From Octopus sinensis (taxonomy: Eukaryota): a stretch of DNA of 64,000 nt. The position numbers and the translations under genes are program-made. Below are positions 1 through 11,745 of the stretch, piece after piece. Position 1 is the first letter of the stretch, and every line of letters starts with the position of its first letter. The notes beneath the pieces are model-generated. The model was given only the letters and a program-made list of their open reading frames with translations, did not search any database and was not told the DNA's origin. The stretch covers positions 24,986,001 to 25,050,000 of the forward strand of contig NC_043010.1 in assembly GCF_006345805.1 (NCBI RefSeq), written 5' to 3'.

Positions 1-69
1 ATATGAGTATGTATGTATGTGTGTGCGTATATTTGTATATGTATGTATGTATGTGTATGTGTGTGTATG

Positions 70-118
<49 letters not shown>

Positions 119-336
119 ATGTGTATGTATGTATATGTATATACGTATGTGTATGTATTTGTATGTGTATGCATGCGCGTATATATATGTATGTATATGT
201 ATACGTGTGGGTGTGTGTATGTGTATAATATATGGATGTATGGATGTATGTATACGTATGTATGTGTATGTGTGTATATTTATGTATGTGTATGTGTGTA
301 TATATGTGTATATATGTGTATGTGTGTATGTATATG

Positions 337-374
<38 letters not shown>

Positions 375-380
375 ATATAT
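1..380. repeat. Compound (TG)/(TA)/(TATG) microsatellite
   Basis: Direct inspection; explains the overlapping YI/VC-rich ORFs. Confidence 0.95.
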
Positions 381-399
381 AACGGGAAGCTTTATGAAA

Positions 400-1844
400 A
401 TAAACAAAAGACGAAGGCAGGTGGAAAACAAACGAACAATTGTATTAGTTTGGCGCTCAGGAAATATAAATAAAACAAGTCTTTAACGTTTCGAGCCTAC
501 ACTCTTCAACAGAAAGATACACAGAGAGAGAAAAACACAGAAAGAAGGAGAGAAAAAAATGCGTGCAGTAGCTAACGAATCAACATGGCGATCTGATTTC
601 GGCCAGAGGTCAAAGATCAAACATGAGATGCGAGAGCGAAATAAGGGGAGATAATAGGGTTGATAAAAGGGTTGAGGGACCAGCTAAAAGTGCGTGGGAG
701 GCGTCTGGATGTGTGATGTATAGGGTTGTGTATGTATTAGTATGTATAAGGTGTGTGTGGTGTGTTTGTGTATGAGAGAGTATTAGTGCGTAAGATTGGT
801 CTGGACGTGCGTATGTATGGGGTTGGTGTATGTATTAGTATGTATTAGTATGTATTAGTACGTATTGGTATGTATAGGTATGTGTGTGTGTGTGTGTGAG
901 AGAGTATAAGTGCGTATGCGGGGTCTGGACGTGTGTATGTATAGGGTTGGTGTAAGTATAGTATGTACTAGTATGTATTAGTACGTATTAGTATGTATTA
1001 GTTGGTGTGTGTATTAGTATGGCACATCATATGTGATGTGATGTGTAATGTCCTGTGGGTGTAGTGAGGAGAAGAGGGGGAGGGGGATAAGAGGGGGGAG
1101 AATGGGGAGGGGAAGAAGAGGGGGAGGAGAAGGGGGAAGAGGAGAGGATGGGGGAGAAGGAAGGGGAGGAAGGGGATGAAGGAGGGAAGAGGGAGAGGGG
1201 AGAGAGGGAGTGAGGGAGCAGAGGGAAGGGGAAGAGGGAGGGAGAAAGAGGGAAGAAGGGAAGGGGAGTAGGGGTGAAAGGATGAAGGACTGAAGAAGTA
1301 GGGGTCGGGGGGAGAAAGGATAGGTGAGGAGGGGGAGAGGGGGTTAGATGAGGAGGGGGAGAGTTGAGACCAAATGGCGTATAAGAGCGAAGAGAGAGAT
1401 TAATTCCTGTTCACGGCGCAAACGGGAATCCGGATGGCCTCTGTGTAAGGACAAACCGAACACAGATAGGTGTTGCAAGGAGTGACCGGTGGAGCGGAAA
1501 TGGCGTGAGACCGGTGTGTCATTCGCAAGGTGGATGTCACGAAGGTGTTCCGCGAACTCGGTCAGCCAAGCGGCGTCCCGTTTGTCCATGTACAAGGAAT
1601 TGCAGAGAGAGCAAGAGATGCAATAGATAATATTGCTGGAGGTGCAGGTGAAGGAGTGGATGATGGGATAGGGTCGATGGTGGTGCTAGTGAGGCGGGTG
1701 GTGTTGGAGAGGTAAGGGCAAGTGCGGCAACGTGGGCGGGAGCAGGGGAACGAGCCGGGTTGGGAGGTAGGGTCAGGGAAGGAGCTATGGACCAAAAGGT
1801 CTCGAAGGTTGTGGGCTCGTTTGAAAGAGGGGAGGGGTCGGTGA

Positions 1845-1845
<1 letters not shown>
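400..1845 (-). mobile_element. Penelope-like element (Neptune-like) 3' part: frameshifted GIY-YIG endonuclease plus low-complexity pseudo-LTR
   Basis: ORFs 1562-1870 (KRAHNLRDLLVHS...PCSRPRCRTC) and 1344-1595 (FAEHLRDI...PVSRHF...H...L.V.GL...R..E.ELI) fit the CCHH-type PLE endonuclease; hammerhead-like motif at the 3' end. Confidence 0.8.
480..517 (-). ncRNA. Minimal type I hammerhead-like motif (A6U variant)
   Basis: Minus strand UCUUU-CUGUUGA-A-GAGU GUAG GCUC-GAAAC-GUU-AAAGA: 5-bp stem I, palindromic ACGU stem III; core deviates at A6. Confidence 0.45.
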
Positions 1846-1876
<31 letters not shown>

Positions 1877-1929
1877 ATTTGTATGTAGGTGTATATGTAT
1901 GTGTGTGTATTTATATTTATTGGTGTATA

Positions 1930-3050
1930 TGTATAGACTAGCCTTCTAAGAGTGTAGACCTGAATCTGTAGGTACGCGTACGTATGTGTATATACGTGAA
2001 TGTATGTAGATGTATGTATGTATGAATATAACGCGTGCGTGCGTGTATGTGTATGAGTGTACGAATGAGTGAGTGTACGTGCTAAAGAGTGTGCGTGAGT
2101 GAATGAGTGCTTGTTTTCCAGTAGACAGATAAATGGACTGGCTGTCATAGCCAAGATGTTTGTGACCAGCGGTCAAAGATAACAAAAGTAATAAATGAAG
2201 ATAATAAAATAAAATTAGGGAATGGGTTGTATTTGTATGTGTATATATATGTGTGTATGTGTAGGTATGCATAGGTACACATGTGTATATATATATATAT
2301 ATATAATATATATATATATGTATGTATATGTATGTGTGTGTATATATATGTGTGTATGTGTATATATGTGTATATAGGGACTAGTGTGCTGTGTGTGCAT
2401 GTGTGTGTGTGGATATGTGTGTGTATGCGTGTATGTGAGTATGTGTGTGTATGTGTATATATATTTTTCTGTGTGTATATGTAGTTGTGGTCATGTGTGT
2501 ATGTATACATGTGTGTATACGTGTATGCATGTGAGTGTGTGTATGTATACATATATGTGTATGTGTAGATATGTATAAGTATGTGTAGGTGTATATATAT
2601 GTATATATGTGTGTGTGTATGTATGTGTGTATGTATATGTATATATGTTTGTATGTGTGTGTATATATGTATACATATGTGCATAGGTATAAGTGAGAAT
2701 CTCCTTATTTACCTAAAACTCTATTCCCTTTTTTTTATATATATATATTTTTTTTTAAAATTTTTTTATTATTCTTCTATCTAATTTAACACTGACTCCT
2801 TGACCACTCCCCCAAGTATGATTATTTTGCGCTATGCCTACCCCCAAAAAGTTCCCCCACCACACCCCTTTAAACCTGCCTAAATGTATAAATGCCAATA
2901 CAATTCTTGTTAACTAGCTTCCTGAAGATTTCTCTTGAATGAAACAGTTCTAGTCCTGTAGAAGCTCCTTCTATATAATAAATTAATTTTACTCTGCTAT
3001 GTATTGAGTACCTTATTTACTGTGGTTAACCCCGAATCAACCCGGGACCT
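1930..3050 (+). mobile_element. Penelope-like element 3' remnant/pseudo-LTR interrupted by microsatellites
   Basis: Short endonuclease C-terminal-like pieces (DLNL*, GLAVIAKMFVTSGQR*) followed by a T/C-rich tract and a well-formed hammerhead at 2916-2966. Confidence 0.5.
2916..2966 (+). ncRNA. Type I hammerhead ribozyme
   Basis: AGCUUC-CUGAAGA-U UUC UCUU GAA U-GAA-ACAG UUCUAGUC CUGU-A-GAAGCU: 6-bp stem I, canonical core, 4-bp stem III, GUA site after 2960. Confidence 0.8.
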
Positions 3051-3064
3051 ACATATATATATAT

Positions 3065-3129
<65 letters not shown>

Positions 3130-3198
3130 CTATTCATACATATATGAAAAAACAAGTCAAAAATAGAAAATGCTAAAATAATTTTATAGTAAACATTT

Positions 3199-3236
3199 CA
3201 GTACCCGTTTCGGTCATTTTGAGACCTTTTCAACTG
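3199..3236 (-). ncRNA. Type I hammerhead-like motif with U3-A8 core pair
   Basis: Minus strand CAG-UUGAAAA-GGUC UCAAAAU GACC-GAAAC GG GUA-CUG. Confidence 0.6.
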
Positions 3237-3594
3237 TAACGATTCAATAATTAAATTTAGAAAATTAGAAGAAAAGTTTTTTTAAAAGAATATTTCTATA
3301 GTAGTGTTCAGATTTAAGTGGCATTCTGCCTTTCTCTGACTCCCTTGTTTGCACTTGTGTGTTGGAGGTCGTTGTGAGTTTCTGGTAGGGTAGTAGAGGA
3401 AGAAGGCTGGTGAGGAAAGGGGGGTGGAGAAATCTGGGAGTGCCCTGATGGTCGTATTTTGAATGGTCAGTGGCGGCTGGCAGTCTCAGTTCATTCAGGA
3501 GAATATTTATATTGACAGGCTTGTTTATAGAATTAGCGTAGGTGTTATACTAAAAAACATTAGTGACAAAGTTAAGGGGTAGGGGGTGGAGAAG

Positions 3595-3830
3595 TAGTAG
3601 AAGAAGAAGAAGAAGAAGAAGAAGAAGGAGAAGGAGAAGATGACGATGATGGTGATGGTGGTGATGATTATGACGACGATGATGATGATAATGATGATGA
3701 TGAAGAAGAAGAAGAAGAAGAAGAAGGAGATGATGGTGGTGATGATGATGACGACGATGATGATGATAATGATGATGATGAAGAAGAAGAGGAAGGAGAA
3801 GAAGAAGAAAAAAACAGAGAAGGGAGAATA
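3595..3830. repeat. Compound trinucleotide microsatellite (GAA/GAT/GGT) with an internally duplicated block, inside the PLE pseudo-LTR
   Basis: Direct inspection; explains ORF 3640-3843. Confidence 0.9.
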
Positions 3831-5368
3831 TGAATGGGTGTAAGTATAGCTATGATGGGGCTGATTAGTAATGGATTGTATGGAGTGTAATATTTGTGTG
3901 TGTATATATATTTTTCTTTTATTCTAAAGTTGAGGTATATTAATTGTTTGTCGTAGACCCGTTAAGAAGTGGCTTGTATTTTGTAATAAAGAGATTTTCT
4001 TTACTTATTCGTTGTCTCGAGGTTGTATCGTCCCTAAATTGGTAGAGGGGGAAAATTCTGAAGTTTGGTGTTTTTTTGTTGGCGCAAGTATCTATGTGTT
4101 GGCTAAAAGCTATTTTTCTGTTTTGGGGAATTTTTATCTGGGATCTGCGCAGGGCCATTCGTTTACGCAAACCATTTTTTGTTTGGCCTATGTACTGCTC
4201 TTGACACCCGGAGCAGGTTAGTGAGTATATTAGGTTCTCCGAAGCACATGTGAAGTTGCTTTTCACTGTAAACCGTTGTCCCTGTTTGAAGGAGAACTCT
4301 GATCCCTCAATTAGATTGTCGCATATCCCGCAATTGGGTCTTCCACATTTTTTTTACTGTCGGCTGCTGTGTTGAAGAGTGAATTCGGGCTTGTGTAAGG
4401 AGACTTTTCATGATCTAGGCTGTCCTTTTGCTTTTTATGATCGTGTGTGTTTGGAGGATTGTGTTCATTCTGTGGTCTTTTTTTAGGAGGGGTATGTTGT
4501 GGAGGATGGTGTCGAAGGCTTCGTTATTGAGAGGGTTGTGTGTGGAGATGTATGGTACGGCTTTTGTTTTAAGTTTTTCTTGATTTGGGATGTCTCAGTT
4601 CCTTGATGTTAGTTGAAGAGCACGTTGAATGCACTTGTCAATAAGTGAAGGTGGATAGTTCCTGTGATTAGGGTATCTTTTAGTTCTTGTAGTCGTGTGT
4701 CTCTGGTGTTTGCGTTAGAGACTATAGTGCATATACTTTTTGCTAGATTGAAGGGGATATTCATCCTGGTGTGTCTGGGGTGCATGAATTGAATGGAAGA
4801 TATTGCTTAGAGTCTGTAGGCTTATAGTATATGTCTGTTTCTATTATATTATTAGCTTTCTTAATGAGGATATCGAGGAAGGGGAGTTGTTGTTGGCTAT
4901 ATTCCATCGTGAATTGGATGTTTACGTCCAGTCCGTTTAAAAATTTTCTGGAATTCTATGAGTTTTTCTATATTTTTATGCCAAAGGATGAAACAGTCAT
5001 CTAGATATCTCTTCCAGTTGTTTTCTATGTAGATGAGAAAGGGCTGCCATATCTTTCTAGAACCTTACGATACAGACTGATCTCTAGGTATCCTATGACT
5101 AGGTTGGCAAAGGAGGGGGCCATTCGTGTACCCATCGCAGTCCCCGATTTTTGTCGGTAGAAGTTGTCATTGAAGGCGAAGAAGTTATTTTCCAGGATGA
5201 ATTTAACCCCTTCTATCACAAATTCTTTTTTGATGCGGTGTGGTTAGTTCGTTGGCGTGATTCTCTAGCCAGAATTGGATTGCCTCTAGTCCTAGGTTTT
5301 GGGGATATTGGAGACATACATATATTATTACATATATATATATATATATACAACATATATATATATAC

Positions 5369-5416
<48 letters not shown>

Positions 5417-5733
5417 TATATTATATATATATATATTATATATATAATATATATATATAATATATATAGCAATTAAGGCAACTACTTAATAAGGAAAACT
5501 TAACAAGAAATTGTCAGGTAGATAGCGTAAATAAAACCTCATAAGGAAAAAATTTCGAAAAAAATTATTTCTTAATTGAACATATTAATTTATATATAGA
5601 GGGCATTATACATACATGCCAGGAGGCATTGTATATACATGCCAAACGCTAAGAGGGACAATCAGTCCATTTCTAACCAAAATATTACTAATCCACCGAA
5701 TGCAATTTTTCAAAGTAAGACATTTAAAAATAT

Positions 5734-5781
5734 AGGCCTGTATCACAGTGATTTCATACTTACGTAATCATCAGCAGGCCT
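5734..5781 (-). ncRNA. Type I hammerhead ribozyme
   Basis: Minus strand AGGCCUG-CUGAUGA-U UAC GUAA GUA U-GAA-AUCAC U GUGAU-A-CAGGCCU: 7-bp stem I, canonical core, AUA site. Confidence 0.85.
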
Positions 5782-6207
5782 GAATGTATTATAAATAAAC
5801 AACGACCCTGCTCGCTTAAGCCGATCAGCTAACTGATCAACATCAACGAAGCACATGGGTGAGTTTATATATATTACATCCGGTAAATGGTAAACTTTTA
5901 CGATTGCATTTCGGGAGAGGAAAAGTTTTTTCGGAATAAAAATTTAGCAATTAAGGACAACTACTTAATAAGAAAACTTAACAAGAAATTGTCAGGTAGA
6001 TAGCGTAAAAACCTCATAAGAGAAAAAATTTCGAAAAAAATTATTTCTTATTGAACATATAATTATTTTTATATGAGGGCATTATACATACATGCCAGGG
6101 GCATTGTATATACATGCCAAACGCTAAGAGGGACAATCAGTCATTTCTACCAAAAATATTACTAATCCCACCGAATGCAATTTTTCAAAGTAAGACATTT
6201 AAAAATT

Positions 6208-6252
6208 AGGCCTGTATCACAGTGATTTCATACTTACGTCATCATCAGCAGG
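6208..6252 (-). ncRNA. Second copy of the type I hammerhead (stem II mismatch, stem I cut to 4 bp)
   Basis: Minus strand CCUG-CUGAUGA-U GAC GUAA GUA U-GAA-AUCAC U GUGAU-A-CAGG. Confidence 0.7.
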
Positions 6253-7749
6253 TCGGTCATGCTGTCTATGAGTCCTGCCAGCTACAGTGCAGGGATGGCC
6301 CTCCATGCAGCAAGACGTGCCCCAAACAGCTCATGTCGGTTCCTGTATTGCTGCACACTTCAAATCCCTACCACATCGAATCTCCAGAGGTTCTCAATAG
6401 GGTTCAGGTCAGGTGACTGGCCAGGCCAGTTCATGACCGTCACCCTGGTCCTTGAAGAAACCGGTTGTGAGCTTGGCTGTGTGGGAAGGCTCGTTGTCCT
6501 GCTGGAGCACGTACTCCTCGCACCAAAGAAGTACTATCTCAACGTACTTTGCTGCGTTGATGTTGCCTTCGACGGCATAGAGCCGCCCAACACCACTGTA
6601 GCTGAACGCCCCTGCACACCATCAGACCACCCCCACCATGCTTCATGGTGGGAGCAATGCAGTCTTTGTTGAAGGCGCCTCACCGCTGCAGCGTCGCACA
6701 TTGGAACAGCTTGTTACTTGACAACGAGACTGAATCGCGACTCGTCAGTGAACATCACTGTCTTTCCGCCACTGCTGCAACGGTCCATGTCTTGTGGGCA
6801 CGGGGCCTCTCAGAAGCAGCCGCCTCTTCCGGTTTTGGGCTGTAATGAGCGGCTTCCAGTAAGCTCTGGTCTTGACGGTGTTTGTAGACAACTGCTTCCC
6901 TGTCATCTTTTGCATCTCCTCCGCCAGTTGCCGGCTCGTTGCCCTTTCGGTGTACAGTGAGGACTTTCGGATCAGCATCCGGTCCTCCTACTGGGTCGTC
7001 AGCCTCTTCTTCCGTCCCCTACCCTTTTTGTCAGCTGCTGATCTGGTTTCCTCGTATTTCTTAAATAAGCACTGAATTGTGCGCTTGGCTACACCAAGTT
7101 TTCTGGCTATTGCAGCCTCCGACAGCATCCCACGCCACAAGAGAGCCTCGTACCGTCTCTCCAAGGTCATGCGAGGTCCTGGGCCCATCTAGGAATGAAC
7201 GATAAAAACCAGTTATTTTCATTAAAACTATTCATTTGAATAATGTTATGCTATAACAAAACTGCTATGAGTTATTATTCATTAAACAAAAAAGAAAGAA
7301 AGCAGAATTTCTCACCTTATTTGATGTATAACAGAAAGTTTTGTGAACTGGAAGTGACGTCATCAAGCAGAATGTAGGAGAATTTGTGAGGTAAAAAAAT
7401 CTTGCAAATACACAAATCAATTAACCTACAAGCTGTTCAAAACGTCTTACGCGATGAGAAAACTTAGTACGGTGTGATTTCGGTCCTTGCGAGGCGCTAC
7501 CTATATCTATTAAACAAAGGAAGATTTGGTCTGCATCCGCACTCCAAGTTGTTGTTGCACTGCTATGTCCACATGTCCACATCATTAGGCTGTAGACTCT
7601 CAAACTGCTCTGCAAACTAAGTTACGTCATCGTTCTGCACAACATTGAACTCACAACAAAGCAATAGTTCGAGATATGGCCACTAGGTGACAGCAAATAC
7701 CTTGAGTGAAAAGCAAATCGAGGGTGCTAATTAATTTCTGACGGTAGTG
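6253..7749 (-). mobile_element. Tc1-family DNA transposon, 3'-truncated, frameshifted transposase
   Basis: HTH ORF 6988-7188 (LSEAAIARKLGVAKRTIQ...GRGRKK); NWPGQSPDLNPIENLW near 6385-6435; TIR CACTACCGTCAGAAATTAATTAGCACC next to TA at 7749; second TIR absent. Confidence 0.88.
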
Positions 7750-7805
7750 TATATACATACATACATATATAATATATATATATATATATAGATATATATA
7801 TATAT

Positions 7806-7848
<43 letters not shown>

Positions 7849-7893
7849 TATATACATATATATAATATATATATATATGTATATACTATATAT

Positions 7894-7923
<30 letters not shown>

Positions 7924-7957
<34 letters not shown>

Positions 7958-9265
7958 CTAGTTTCAGCTTATGAGCTGTGGCCATGCTGGGGCACCGCAA
8001 TTTGGTGTTGCTACTTGGTTTCACTTCACGAAAGCTTTCTACCAACTGCCATTTGGTGCATGAGAGAGTTCGATGCAGCTGCCCTCATCTGCCCCTCCTG
8101 CCGTGAAGTTGGTTCATCTGGGACACCTGACAGGAAGAGATCCAGCTTCATTTTAAAGACATCTGCTGCATCCACCCCATGCAGGTCTCTCAGGTTCTTC
8201 GGGAGGATATTGAAGAGCTTTGGGCCTCGGAAGCCCAGGCTATCACAGAATCTTGTCTACACTTGATGGCAAGTTGGAGTCCTAGGCACCACGCAGTGGC
8301 GCCCAGTTCTGGCATTTGCGTAACTCTCGATGCCAAAGTTCAGGACACTTCCTTCCAGGATCTTCCAGATGTATATTATGGCATATCTTTCCCGCCTACG
8401 CTCCAGGGAATATAGTTTTAATCTCTTGAGTCTTTCCAGTACTCACATTCGGCATAGATGCTATCTTCTTCATGTAGCTACGTTGGATCGCCTCGAGCTC
8501 TGTGATCACTTGACACTGGATGGTGACCATAACTGAGAGCAGTAGTCAAAGTGGCTTAGGACAAGTGTCCTCCAGAGACCATCATGGTTTCTTGTTCTCT
8601 TGTTCTAAAGGTTCTGAGGATCCATCCGGCCAGTCGTCTACATTTCATTGCCAATTTAGCAACATGTACATGAAAGGTCGCGTCATCACTCATGTAAATA
8701 CCTAGGTCCGCACTGATTGTGCCTCTGGGATTGCTATTCCTCCGGGTCCAGTGTATTCATTGGGTATTGCATTTAGTTTTGCATGCTGATAGTATAGAGC
8801 TTGAAACTTTTCAGCATTGAACTGCATGCTATTCTTTTGGCCCACTTGTATATTTTGTCTAGCTCACATTGCAGGTGTTTAGTGTCCTCAGGGTTCTGTA
8901 TTGCCTGTGAAACTTTTGTATCATCTGCATAACTTGTGATCGTGGCTCTCTGCGTGGCTGAGGGCATGTCTGAGAGGGCTATTATGAACAGTAGTGGTCC
9001 CAGAACAGTGCCCTGCGGAACACCTGACTTCTATCTTTCAGAAAGTCATGAACACCTGACTTCTATCTTTCAGAAAGTCATGAAGCCATTCTCCCAGTTT
9101 TCCAACTATGTTGAGATCACGCAGTTTGTGACATATCATTCCATGATCGACTTTATCAAAGGCCTTTGCAAAGTCGAGATATATCACTTCCACATTTGAG
9201 TGGTTGAGCAGCCATTTCAGCACCCAGTCATAGTGTTGTAGGAGCTTCTCCCTGGTCGGAAACCA
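7924..9265 (-). mobile_element. CR1-group LINE, 5'-truncated RT fragment with (CAAT)n tail
   Basis: YLDFAKAFDKVDH and SYADDTKV motifs; 3' end shared with copies at 11455, 16178, 25446. Confidence 0.88.
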
Positions 9266-9269
9266 AGGG

Positions 9270-10900
9270 TGTGGGAGTGAATTTTTGGTGTATATATCGA
9301 AGTTTATACGTATGTATAGGTATGTGTGAGTGAGGTTGGTATTTGTATATGTCGTGGGTGTTGGTTTACGTGTTGTGTATTTTTGTGTGTGAATGTATAG
9401 GTTAGGGGATTGCTATATAGGTATGTTATAGTGTTTAGTAAAGGGAGGTTTTATCATTATATGTATTTATGAGTTTTAGTTTATCATGGTAGTTTTATTA
9501 AAGAATTTGTAGTATTTATGTCTATTTATGATGTTTGTTATTTTATTACATTATTCCATTCATAATTTTTAAGTAATGTTCGTTTACCACGTGAATATAA
9601 TTTTTAATTCCATTTATTCCATTTATTCCATTCATAATTTTAAATGACGTTCGTTTCCAGAGCGCGAATACTTTTTATACATATGTTAGGTTCCTATGGT
9701 AATGTAATTTTGTTTGACGTTTTTAACGGCTAGAGTTTAATTTCACTTCATTAATTGAAACTGATTTGAAAGTGTGTATATTTTTTTCTCCTTATTTTAA
9801 TCTTGTTACTTATGATATTCTGGTTACTTATGAAGTATTTTATATATCGTATTATGTGTAGTAATGTTGTTTATCTTTTGAGTGTTTATGTATGTGTGAA
9901 TGTGTGTGTGTGTGCGTATTTTAGTTGTGTAATTTATTTATCTGTATGAGTGTGGGTGTGAACATATTGTTGTATATATCGAGAGGGGGTATACGTATAT
10001 GTTGTGTGTGTGTGTTTTACGTATGTATATTTGTGTGTGAATGTATATATGGAGATTGCTATATAGGTATAATTGTGTATGGTAAAGGGAGTTTTATCAT
10101 TATATGTATATGGGTTTCTTTTATCATGATGGTTTATTAATGATTCGTAGTAAATTCTGTATATTTAAGTTGATTATATATTATTCCATTCATAATTTAA
10201 AAAAAAAAACGTTCGATCACCACGTGCAAAGAATTGTTTATTTTCCTTTTGAGTGTTTATGTATGTGTTTATGTGTTTGAGTGTTTATGTATGTGCGTAT
10301 TTTAGTTGTGTAATTTATTTATCTGTATGAGTGTGGGTGTGAACATATTGTTGTATATATCGAGAGGGGGTATACGTATATGTTGTGTGTGTGTGTTTTA
10401 CGTATGTATATTTGTGTGTGAATGTATATATGGAGATTGCTATATAGGTATAATTGTGTATGGTAAAGGGAGTTTTATCATTATAGTATATGGGTTCTTT
10501 TATCATGATGGTTTATTCATGATTCGTAGTAAATTCTGTATATTTAAGTTGATTATATATTATTCCATTCAATTAAAAAAAAAAAAAACGTTCGATCACC
10601 ACGTGCAAAGAATTGTTTATTTTTCTTTTGAGTGTTATGTATGTGTGTGTGTGTGTGTGATTGTTTGCGTAATTTATATCGTATAGATGTGGGTGTGAAT
10701 ATATTGGTGTAATATCGAGTTCTGTTATGTTTGTATATGTATGTGTGAGCGGGTATACGTATATTGTTTATGAAGTGGGTTGTATGTGTGTGTGAGGGAG
10801 TATGAAAAGTATTGTGTTGAAGTATTGGCTATTTTATTTATTTATCGTTGCCTAGACGTTTTATGTGTATGTTAGGGATATATATATATAGGTGTGTGAG
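9270..10900. repeat. Diverged tandem array of a ~381-bp TG/T-rich unit (two near-identical units at ~9885-10265 and ~10266-10650 plus diverged flanking units)
   Basis: Near-identical ORFs start at 9925 and 10306, 381 bp apart; shared landmarks such as aaaacgttcgatcaccacgtgcaaag. Confidence 0.8.
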
Positions 10901-11142
10901 TTAGTGTATTATTTAGATATGGTTATATACATTTAGTTATATGTGTATGGGTGTATATTATAGTTTATTTTTATTTTATTATTATTTAATTGTTGATAGG
11001 TTTATTTTAGTTTATTATTGATGATATATGATTAGATATAGGTGATATATAGATTATATATTTATATTTTTTCATTGATATTTAATTATTTTAAAATTAT
11101 TTTTATACTTATATTTTAAATATTGATATTTGGATCGGAAAT

Positions 11143-11187
11143 CCACCTGAAGATTGTCGTTCAAGACATGAAACAATGTAGTAGCGG
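11143..11187 (+). ncRNA. Type I hammerhead-like motif at the 3' end of the AT-rich array (probable PLE pseudo-LTR)
   Basis: CCAC-CUGAAGA-U UGUC GUUCAA GACA U-GAAAC AAUGUA GUA-GCGG; one mismatch in stem I. Confidence 0.65.
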
Positions 11188-11389
11188 TTTTTTTTTTTAC
11201 TTCTATTCAAATTTTATGTATTGATTAAGTCTTTCCTTGTTTGTTTTGGCAAAATAGTGGTTTTGTCTCTAATTAATATTATATAATATTTACTATAAAA
11301 TTGGATTTAATCCTAAATCTGATTTTTTCCTGTAAATTTGGATTATTCTTTTATAATATTATTATATACACTATATAATATATATATAT

Positions 11390-11439
<50 letters not shown>

Positions 11440-11454
11440 ATTATATATATATAT

Positions 11455-11745
11455 ATTGATGATTGATTGATTTAGTTTCAGCTTATGACTGTGGCCATGC
11501 TGGGCACCGCCATTTGGTGTTGCTACTTGGTTTCACTTCACGAAAGCTTTCTAGCAACTGCCATTTGGTGGCATGAGAGAGTTCGATGCAGCTGCCTCAT
11601 CTGGCCCTCCTGCCGTGAAGTTGGTTCATCGGGACATCTGACAGGAAGAGATCCAGCTTCATTTTAAAGACATCTGCATCCAACCCCATGCAGGTCTCTC
11701 AGGTTCTTCGCGGAGGATTATTGAAGAGCTGTGGGCCTCGGAAGT
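11455..11745 (-). mobile_element. CR1-group LINE short 3' fragment
   Basis: Same 3' end (gcggtgcccagcatggccacag..agctgaaacta) and (CAAT)n tail as 7924-9265. Confidence 0.85.

Larger units (their letters stand above)
3130..5320 (-). mobile_element. Penelope-like element (Neptune-like), 5'-truncated: RT plus C-terminal GIY-YIG plus pseudo-LTR
   Basis: 5025-5219 FILENNFF.FN..FYRQKSGTAMGTRMAPSFANL (PLE RT); 3940-4266 FTCASENLIYSLTCSGC..QYIGQT (GIY-YIG); frameshifts and stops. Confidence 0.88.
5469..6252 (-). repeat. Partial tandem repeat (period ~474-478 bp), each unit carrying a type I hammerhead; solo pLTR tandem or retrozyme-like
   Basis: 5469-5780 matches 5947-6252 with mostly 1-nt indels; hammerheads at 5734-5781 and 6208-6252. 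Confidence 0.75.
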
